DNA of 64,000 nucleotides from the human T2T-CHM13v2.0 reference genome, Homo sapiens. The notes under the pieces are model-generated. The model did not search any database and had not been told where the DNA came from. It was given only the letters and a program-made list of their open reading frames with translations. Both the position numbers and the translations under genes were made by a program. Positions 51,142 to 64,000 of the stretch are shown in pieces. The DNA lies in assembly GCF_009914755.1 (NCBI RefSeq), contig NC_060942.1. One strand, given 5' to 3'. How positions within the stretch are numbered: position 1 is the stretch's first letter; each line of letters opens with the position of its first letter.

Positions 51142-51172
51142 ATTCCTCTTGACTACATTTTGAGAGAAATAA
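50983..51172. repeat. Tandem duplication of a unit containing a (TG)(TA)n microsatellite
   Basis: Two copies of catagaaactgt-(TG/TA)n-agtattcctcttgactRcattttgagagaaRtaa. Confidence 0.92.
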
Positions 51173-51365
51173 AATGACAAAATAATTTTTTTATTTTGAT
51201 ATAAGTATAAACTTGCCATATAGATTTTTTCTTGCATTATTTTATTTTTTACAAAAAAACTTGTACTTATAAAAATTAGAAAAATAAAAACTAAAATGAC
51301 AAAACTGAAGTCTCTAGGCATAAACCTTATTAAGACACACAAATGTGCCTTTTCGAACATTTTTA

Positions 51366-51399
51366 ACACACACACAACACACACACACACACACACACA
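51366..51399. repeat. (CA)n microsatellite
   Basis: acacacacacaacacacacacac... Confidence 0.95.
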
Positions 51400-54093
51400 T
51401 GCATGCCCACATTTTACAGTAATAGACTCATAATACACATACAGTTATGTGAATTGGTTTAAAAAGGCAACAGTATAACAGGTTAATTTTCCATACCAAA
51501 CATAGAGACTTAGTACATTATTTTTAATAGCTTTATAAGTGTTCCATAATATGGCTTCTTTTCACTTTTAACATATGAGGAATGAAACAAAAAAGATATA
51601 AATAATTTTAAATATTCTTTACTATGTCTGCATTTCTTAAACCCTCTTAAGTCAAGGTTGATTGTACACTTTCTTTCAAAAGGTTCTTTTTTGATTGATA
51701 GCACCCCAGTGACACTGAAGAAAGATGCTTCAACTGAAGTTGTAACTGTCTTCCTCAACTCACAGTTGATGAATGGATCTGAAACCCTATGAGTCCCCAT
51801 GAGAATGGTATAACCTCAAAGATGGTAGCCATTATTCTTTGCTTCTGTGACTGTCTTTTCTTCTTATTAAAACTCTTCAAGAGTATCCAGTTACACAAAT
51901 ATTACTTTAGACCGAGTATTTTACTCAAAGAATATTTAGATAACTATAGGGTAGGTCTGTTTTAAATTTCTATCAATAAACAATATATATTTTTCATAGA
52001 AGTCAAGAATAAGAATTAAAAATATCCAAGCTAATAAACTGTTTCTTTTTTATAGCCAATTAAGTGTCTTGTTTATACTTCTTAATTTATTAATAATACC
52101 AGAATTAAGAGAATCTTCAACATAACCAAAGACAATGTGTCTTTAATAATTTCTGCCCCAATATAATAAGAGGAGTATTCATATTCTTGTGACTGCTGGG
52201 TGTTTTAATGTTTCCCTGTTTCATGGAGATTTAAACATAGCTGCTGTTTTTTACTGAACTATGTCACCTTTGATTTCATTGCACTCTTTGTAAGTTTAAT
52301 TCTTTATGATGAAAAACATAATGAAAACATATAGGTGTTACTTGGGTCTACAGGCCTTGCCAGACTACATTTATATGAGTCACAATTTGTGACTATCGCA
52401 TTTCTAATTGCTCTGACAATTTCTATGACAGCTTATATATAAAACCAAAGCAAAAAACTCACAAAAATTTAAAATATCTGACATCAGTGCATGAGAGCTC
52501 TGGAGAACCATGGTTAAGGGGCAGAAGCTGAAACGGTTTCACTGAAGTATTGCAGGAAGGTATGTAAAACCAAAGCCCCAAATTCGGCTTCTGAAGATTT
52601 GTTTGTTCAAATTCTAGTCATACCTGTGTCAGCCAAAGCTATTCCCATTTCTACTGCAAGAAAAGAGAAGTTTTCTTCCAGAGAAAGGCCAAGTTGACAC
52701 CTAAAACCTAGAGGCAGCCTAATATCCAGATGAATATTTCCTTTGAGGCAGAAAAATTGTCTTTGTTGTGAGGTTTCAGTGAGTATTTTGACAATGGACA
52801 GAGATTTGAGAAGGTGGCTTACAAGGAAATTCAGAAAGATGGGTGGAAATAGCAAGTGATAACAATGTTGTAGAAGTAGTAATAGTAGTAGTAACATACC
52901 AGTAGTAGCAATAGTAGAGATAGCAGTAGTGGTAACTAGAATAAGAAGATGGGGAGTGTCAGGGAGTTGAAATTGTTTGTGAGTAAAGCAGAGTGAGTCA
53001 GCTTCAAAATTGCTGACACTCCCCAAAGTAAAGAAACAAAACTCAGAACTAGCCAGTCTTTGTAAATGAATGAGCTCTGTTGTCAAACACAGAATCTCCA
53101 GTACAACTTGGGCCTAAATGATGTTCTGTTTGTAGGTCTTTCTCCCCATCTCCCTCCACCTAACACATTCTCCTCTACATGCCTAAGGGATTCTAGTCTT
53201 GCTGAGCCAGGTCCTGGATTATTTAGTGACATGGATACCAAGAATGGGACAGGAGGAACAGGTGCCTAGAGGAGACAGAAGGGGAAGTACTTGGTGAAAG
53301 AGGCTAAGTCCATTAAAATAACTCAAAATGGAAAACTGGGTAAATAGCAGGCTGAAAAACTAGAATAAGGAAGTAGAGTTTTCTATAATGTTTTGGCAAG
53401 TGAGAGACTAAAGATACTGTGGAATAACAAATTTGAGTGGAGAGAACGTGGGATACATTTATTAATGAGACGAATAATTTGTATGCTACTGCATGTCCTT
53501 CTATGGACTAGAATCAAGAGCAATAGCAATTCTGAATTAATTTCAGTCTTTTTTGAAATGTGCTTTTGAAAATATGACCTAGCTCCTGTAATAAACCACA
53601 GGGACTGAGGCTTCAATGTAGTTATTTTCTTAAACAATGACACTCACGTGCTGGAAATGCTCGTGGCACTGAGATTTCTTCCTGTGCAACCTTGTGTGTT
53701 CTACATATGTTTTGGGAGGCTGAGAATTTATGTCAGGTTTAATTATACGAGGGAAAGGGATTTCACCCTCTCTGAAAGTTCAAATTATTTAAATGAATTA
53801 AAACACAGGTAAAGGAATTAGTTTTCAAAGGGAATCTGCAGATGAATTTCCTTGACTGCTTAAGAAGGTGAGGAATACAGAGAGCATGCACAGCAGGGCT
53901 TCAGCAGGCTGCTGGGGAGAGTCTCCTCAGTGAGGTCCTGACCAGCAACCAGGTAAGAAGAAAATGCCAGAATATCCACGACTGGGAAAGGAAGAACTAT
54001 GAGCAGTTTCCCAGCTGTTAGAGTAGGAAGGATTCGTTGAAAATGGAGAGAAGGCTGGAGTTAGTTAGTGGAAGGAAGGAAGAGGTAAATTGA

Positions 54094-54443
54094 TGATATT
54101 GTCTGGCTCTGTGTCCCCACCCAAACCTCATCTTGAATTGTAATCCCCACGTGTTGGCGGAGGGATCTCATAGGAGGTGATTACATCATGGGGGTGATCC
54201 CTCCATGCTGTCCTCGTGATAGCGAGTGATGGTTTTATTAGGCGCTTCTCCCCCTTTTGCTCATTCTTCTCCTTCCTGCTGCCATGTGAAGAAGGACATG
54301 TTTGCTTCCCCTTCCACTATGATCATAAGTTTCCTGAGGCCTCCCCAACCATGCTGAACTGTGACTCAATTAAACCTTTTTCCTTTATAAATTACCCAGT
54401 CTCAGGAATGTCTTTATTAGCAGTGAGAGAGTGGACTGATACA
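54094..54443 (+). mobile_element. THE1D-like MaLR solo LTR
   Basis: tgatattgtctggctctgtgtccccacccaaa...ccatgtgaagaaggacatgtttgcttcccc...attaaacc...gactgataca. 5-bp TSD attga / gttga. Confidence 0.92.
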
Positions 54444-54668
54444 GTTGAATAGTGAGGTGAGAACAGTAAAGAGAATAATACCTGGCTTCCATGAGAGTGG
54501 CCCTTTACACAACATCAATGAAGGCAGTAGGAAGTATGGAAAGAGAGACACTTGTAGATCTGGTTCAACCAAAGTCCACCAAGCAATAATCCAGATGACT
54601 GGAGGGAGAGAAATAAAGGAAAATAGAGAAAATAAAAATGAAAAAAATAAAAGTAGTAGCACCCGTTA

Positions 54669-54695
54669 CACACACACACACACACACACACACAC
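54669..54695. repeat. (CA)n microsatellite
   Basis: Pure CA run. Confidence 0.95.
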
Positions 54696-55006
54696 GTAAA
54701 ATTGGATATTCCATCAATTACTCCTGTGGTCTTGTTGGTGTGGTTTGTATATTTGCTTATTTATTTATTTATTTGGATTGAGAGGAAATGGAGGAGGTAA
54801 GATATTCCAGGGAAAGTCCTTGCAGAACTGCAGACCACAGTTGGAGAAAACCCAGGAAATTACAACTCTTGCATCTTCAGCCATTCCAAGTAGTGCAAGT
54901 GCAAACAAGTGTCAGCATAAGACCAAGAGAGGAGACTTGAGTCTTATCTTCTTGTCTCTAGGTAATAAATCATCTTTCTCATTGGATTTATTAATGAAAT
55001 CTCTGT

Positions 55007-55502
55007 GTGTGAGTTTTCTGTTGCTTTTATAACAAATTCCCGCATATAGTGGCTTAAAAATACAAATTTCTACCTTACTGTTCCATAGGCTAGAAGCCTG
55101 ACATGTGTCAGAGTGGGGTAAAGTCAAGATGTCCCTAGGGCTATGTATTGCCTTCTGGAATCTCCAGGGAAGAATCTGTTTCGTTTCTTTCTTTGGCCTC
55201 TAGAAGCCTCCAACATCCCTTGGCTCATGGCTTCCTTGCTCCATTTGAAAGCAGTAATGTTGAGTTTCTCTGACTCATTATTTTATGGCAACAATTCCTC
55301 TTCACCAGACCTGGGATGGGACGGGTTTTTTCAATGACTCATGTGATTATATTCTCCCCATGTGTGTAATTCAGGCTAATCTTCTCATGTCAAAATTCTT
55401 ACATTTAGTCACATAATGCAATGTAACTTATTCAGTTTCCTCAGGTTAGGACATGGACATTTTGGGGGCAGACAAAGAGGGGGCATGATTCTGCCTACTA
55501 CA
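55007..55502 (-). mobile_element. MLT1C/D-like MaLR solo LTR
   Basis: gttgcttttataacaaattccc...gtggcttaaaaatacaaattt...ggacatggacattttggggg...attctgcctactaca. Confidence 0.85.
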
Positions 55503-57044
55503 CTTTGTAAAACTTAAAATCCTGTTAGTTAAGTGAGTGAGGAGAAAAGTATTATTACATATTACTCTACCTTGAAAGTTTCTTGATGCATGAAAGACCT
55601 TACATGTATTAAAAGATTCAAATTGTATAAATGAACAATCAAGCAAACTGGGAATCACAGAAAACAATGATAGAATCAAAAGTAAATGACCTCAACCGTC
55701 ACACGTATATATTTCATGCACAATTAGGTGAATCAACCTCTTCTCTGATCTCTTTCTTATGCAGTCCGGATATGAAAGTCAGTCATGAATTTGTTTCCTT
55801 AAATTTCATAAAATATTGATCCTTCTAAGATTGAGTAAATTTCTAGGTGGGCAGTTGCCATATTCACTGTTTCTGTTCTTTCCACCCTAGCCAGACAATT
55901 CAGCCTCAGAGTAGAATTTAAAACCAAAACTCTCTTTACTCTGTCCTTATCCACCAAACAGGATTTTAGAGATAGAGAGAGAATGAATTATTTCTTTGAC
56001 AACATAGCATGTGTTTGTGTTTATTTTCAGATGAAATAATGATTTGAGAACTGCTACATTTATAGTTCAGTGGAACATTGAATATGTTTTAAATTGAATG
56101 TCTGTGGCTAAGAGGGTACAAACTTCTTGGAGTTGAGACACGTGATAAAATTCGTGTGATAAAATCCCTATTGTAAAAAAAATTGTGATTTTTTTACTGC
56201 GTTATCAAAATTCATCATTTTAGGTAGTTTCCAAATTCACCATAAGGCCTAACAAAAATTGAAATTGAGAAATCTGAATAAAATTAAGGCCATAATTCTC
56301 TATTTAGATTGATGGGAACATGTGTGTCAGTAGAGGTGTGCATCTGCTTTTGACAAAAGAAATTAGTTTAATTGATTTGACAAAAATAATAAAAGTTTTT
56401 TCTTCATTAAGCATTAGAGGATGCATACTCTGGTAGACACTCATCATTGAACCTTTAGTTTCAATAACAGTTTCAGTTTCTTCTTTGGCATAAGAATTCT
56501 ATAAGATGGGAAGATGATATGTACGTAATTTGAAATGTGTATTGAGGAAATAGGAAAATAAATTTGAGGCTTTTTAATTAAGAAAATAGTTTTAAAAGTT
56601 AGAAACAAAGTATCTTTTTTTAAAAGTATCTTTTCCTTTTCTTTATTTGTCTGGGTTTTGTAAAAATAAAAAAGAGCTCAACTTCTTTTTTGTTTTATAT
56701 GAGTTAGAAAGCGATGACCTCTACTGAGCTGTTCAACAAGGATAGTGTAGGGTAAAAAGTGAACTGTTGCTCATGTGTCTGCAAATGGAGCTCACATATG
56801 ACCCAAGGTTACAATTGTCTAGAACTGTCTGTTTTTCATCTGTTTTTGGAGTTGATTTTTATAAATCCAGGACTTGGAAGGCTTTTTATTGCTTTCAGAG
56901 TATTTTTCTATCATCTTGACCTAGTGCTAACTTAGTCTCTGTGGGCAGAAGAACTGGATTTCACTTTATGCAGTTGAGACAAGGAAATTAACTTAAAAAT
57001 GTAGACTTACTATTATATTTTGAGCACCCTAATATTTTGACATT

Positions 57045-57172
57045 CCATATTCACTAGATTGTGATCTCCTTGAAAGCAGGAATTATGTCCAACTTATTTA
57101 GCTTCATATTCAATAGGGTCTATTAGAATGGGCACAACTAAACAAATATTAATATTTAATAAATATGTTGCA
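57045..57172 (+). mobile_element. L2 3' terminal fragment
   Basis: cactagattgtgatctccttgaaagcagga...taataaatatgttg. Confidence 0.65.
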
Positions 57173-57759
57173 TATTCTTTAACTAGAGCAATATTTAAAT
57201 AAATCAATTTCCAGGTAAAATAAAATGTGATTGGTACTTGACCTTTATAATTTCTAAGTGGACAGTTCCCTGGTTTCTCCCATAGAGCTAATAATTTTGA
57301 AATCTGGGACTAATTTTAAATTTCTCTGGAAATTACCTTTGTGATTTCCTGTACTTAGGAAAACATGCCAATATAAATAATAGAAAACAATAACTTTCAA
57401 TTAAGTTGTGAGTTATTGGAGACTATGAATGTAAAAAAAAATCTGAGATCTAAAAGAAGGCATCAGGGTACAAAGAGATACATTAGAATTTATTCATCAT
57501 CTATATATTGATATTATATTTTATAATTGATTAATATTTTTAACAGAATTATCTGTAAAGAATAAAGTTTGGAACAATGAGGATTAATAGCTTATCCTTC
57601 ACGATTGTAGAAATGTCATTATTGAATTTGCATTGGAAAATCCTTTACATATAATCATGTTTATCTATGTTTCTAAGTTAGTGAGTACATTCATTTTGCA
57701 ATTTCTGGTTTTCAAGCAGAATCCACTGCTTATAATCAGAAAAATCATTGTGAAAATAT

Positions 57760-57975
57760 TAATTCGGACAATGAGCTTTGGAGATATTTAGTCCTAGATC
57801 CAACATGGCCTTGTCCCTTGTTAAGGTATGTGGCCGTGGGAAATTTATTATTCTCCTTGAGTCTTAGTATCCTTCTCTTTGGAAATATAGAAAGTGATAT
57901 CTATATCTCACATGTGTGGTGATTTCTGGTGTACATGAACATGCCCAGAAAAGAGTCAACAAATAATAACTATGA
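57760..57975 (+). mobile_element. MIR SINE
   Basis: gagctttggag...tatgtggccgtgggaaatttattattctccttgagtcttagtatccttctctttggaaat (MIR core). Confidence 0.65.
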
Positions 57976-58027
57976 TCTCTCTATAATTTTAAAATCAAAT
58001 AATAGAATATTTTCTGTAAGAGCTTAA

Positions 58028-58375
<348 letters not shown>

Positions 58376-59029
58376 GGTTTATTTTAATGAGTATCTCAAA
58401 ATATCTTTATAATTTTTCTTGAAACATTTTCTATTAGTAGTAAAATATAATTTATAAACATAATCATTGTGCTAGGCTATATAGATGGGTTTAATATGCA
58501 TATGTTAAATGTGAAATAATATACATTTTTCAATTATAAATGTAAAAGATATACATGCATTTTTTCATTCTAGTGGTGTTTTGTGACTGGTTGTGTTTTG
58601 GCAATGAGTGTTGTGGTTTAAGATAGAAACTGCCACGTTATTTTATTCTATTTTCAGTTCTTTTTTCCTGGACATTTTAACTAAGCTACACTATTCTGCC
58701 TTCCAAATTAACATGTCAGAAAGCCATTTCTTTACTTGTGTGGAAATGATAATAATAATAATAAAAGATTACTAAATTATATTATCTATTCATGACTATT
58801 TTGTATAGTACCCCATAAGGCAAATATTCATATTCATCTATATATGAATAATTTCTCTATTATGGAATTAGTGACAAATTTTCAAACATCTTTGTTTTTG
58901 ACACACAATGTATTCAATTTACATATATTTACTTAGCAAGAGAAAGTTTTATTGGTCCTGGGAAAATGAACATGAAACATTTTTTTTCTTCCTTTGTGGA
59001 GTTTAAGTGACATTTTGACATTTGATTAA

Positions 59030-59545
59030 CCTGTTAAGTTGTCCCCTTGCTTTTCATTTCCCCTACACCATATTGACAGAATTCACATTCTAAGAATACC
59101 ATAGAACATATATCCCCCATTACCCAATAATATAAATAGTTGTTATTAAACGTAAATTGAATTTCAAATGTCTTAGTTCAGCATATAAGACCTATGTGAC
59201 ATTTCCTTTTGTATTTCCATTAATCCCTTTGCCTATTCTTCCTGGTGCTTTAATTATTGTGTCAAAGTATGTTGTGAAATATTCCACTTGTGTCTTGGTT
59301 GGTCCCATTGATCTTCATTTGTCTTGCCCGTTATCTATGTGATACCCATCACCCAAGGTTGTGCTCAGTCATGATGTTCTTTAAGAAATCCTTCCCTGGC
59401 ATCTGTAGTTTCAGCAACAATCTCATGGATGTCATCTTTTTAGATGTCATAGCAATTATGATTTGTATCATTGTTGATGCTGTAATTTATTTTTGTATGT
59501 ATGTATGTGTGTCTCCTCAAACAGATCAATAATTCACTGCTTATT
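59030..59545 (+). mobile_element. Degraded L2 fragment
   Basis: ttcaaatgtcttagttcagcatataagacctatgtga...tgtatgtgtgtctcctcaaacaga. Confidence 0.45.
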
Positions 59546-59842
59546 GTGAAGTACAAATTACTAAATAAAACTATCACAAAAATTAGCTTCACTGAAAAAT
59601 TCTCTGATTTTTCAATTATCTTATTAATACAGATTAGGTGATAGAAGTGAGGTACCAATGAAGAACACAACAAACAGTCATAACAAAAATAAAATGACAT
59701 TCAAATTCTCATATAATTCTCACAGTGCTTATCAATTGCGTGACTTCTTGAATTGTGCCAGTATATTTATTTTTATGATACTCAGAATAAATACATAGAA
59801 ATATTTTAATAAAATAATTATTCTGAGAGAATATTATCTTAA

Positions 59843-60165
<323 letters not shown>

Positions 60166-61220
60166 TATATAATCTTTTAAAAGAAATCAAAACATGAATG
60201 TAGTTAATTTGCTAGTAGTTGTTCTTGCTTGGTCCTAGCCAAAATCTATCATTATTCTCAGTATAGCCATCAGTAATCTGTTAAAAATATCTAAATGTAG
60301 GATGAGGATGTAACTTTATATACTCAGGAGAAATTCATAAGATGACAGACAAAATAACTCAATTATGAAAAGAAAAATAATTTAGCAGAAATCCAATAAA
60401 ACCTCAGTCATAATTTTTGAATTAACTTGGGAATGTTATTGGGTAGAGAAGGAAGCATTAGTATTTAGTAGTTATATTAAAAATCACTCAGCAATAAAAA
60501 GAACATGTCTTAAATAAATCAAAAAGAAAAAACTAATAACTTTTAGTCAATTAGAGTAATTAGATGGCACTGGGAAAAAAAACAAGAGAAATTTAAATGG
60601 TTACCTTTCCTCATTACTGAGCAAATTCTATTTGGTATTTTTTTATATAAAACTGTACTTTTTAAATATTCTTATCATTTCATTTATTTTAATTAAAATT
60701 GTAGAGTTATCAATTGCAATTTAATATTTCCCTTCAATTATTTTCTCTGACACATTTTAAAAATTCATTTATCACATATGTCTCAGTACAGTTAAAAGGA
60801 GGGAAAATCACCTCATCACACATTTGTTCAGTGCTTCCTGTGGGAATATGTAGTTGTTCATATAGTCATGCATGTTGCTATCTATGAATAAGTAAGCAAT
60901 CCTAGTAGGTTAGGAATAGAAAAAAATTTAGATGCCATTGAATTCATTCCTTTATATTAAAGAAACTGAATTCCAGATGTTTCCACAATAGGAAATGAAT
61001 CAATACTATCCAAGTATCCCAACAGAATACAGACCTAATGCATGTAAATTCTTATTTTAATTCACATACTAATAAATAGGCAGCAAGTTTGTGCAAGAGT
61101 TTTGCTAAAGATTCAGAGACCAAAAAATAGAACATTGTTCAGAATAAGGGAGCAGTCAATACAAATTTATTTCTGTTGGAAATAATGGAAAATTATTTAA
61201 GTACCTATACTAAAGCATTG

Positions 61221-61221
<1 letters not shown>

Positions 61222-61251
<30 letters not shown>
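61222..61251. repeat. (CA)n microsatellite
   Basis: Pure CA run. Confidence 0.95.
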
Positions 61252-61255
<4 letters not shown>

Positions 61256-61279
61256 AATGAAAGAAAAAGCAATAAAACA

Positions 61280-63950
<2,671 letters not shown>

Positions 63951-64000
63951 TTTTTTAAAATTTTATTTTCCCCTTCAAGAAGAGTAAAATTTGGGCTCAA

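Noticed and set aside
50845-51438. Longest ORF in the track (197 aa)
   Set aside because: Kept open by (TA)n and (TG)n repeats, giving YIYI and CVCV runs.
52607-53086. 159-aa minus-strand ORF
   Set aside because: Runs through a low-complexity (AGT)-rich tract and has no recognisable homology.

Overview
AT-rich primate genomic DNA, probably human or another catarrhine (AluJ/S/Y, L1PA, THE1D, LTR2B and MADE1 are all present). It reads as a gene desert or a large intron. I found no recognisable protein-coding gene, rRNA, tRNA gene or CRISPR array. The listed ORFs are L1 or Alu fragments, microsatellites or chance frames. The window is dominated by transposon fossils. Family and subfamily names come from my recall of consensus sequences and were not checked by alignment, and the edges of the older repeats are approximate. 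The most unusual structures are: (1) an ERV1 insertion made only of a 5' LTR2B, a tRNA-Glu primer-binding site and ~150 bp of leader, bounded by TGTGA...TCACA and a 4-bp target-site duplication (TSD); (2) a once full-length L1PA whose ORF1 and endonuclease half was replaced by a younger L1PA 3' end; (3) two twin-primed (5'-inverted) L1MA elements; (4) an orphan L1 5'UTR; (5) two near-perfect palindromes and two hairpins derived from transposons; (6) a 315-nt stop-free segment flanked by splice-like signals next to a 23-bp minisatellite. I found no convincing evidence of a new biological system. The findings are rearrangement scars and testable regulatory or RNA candidates.
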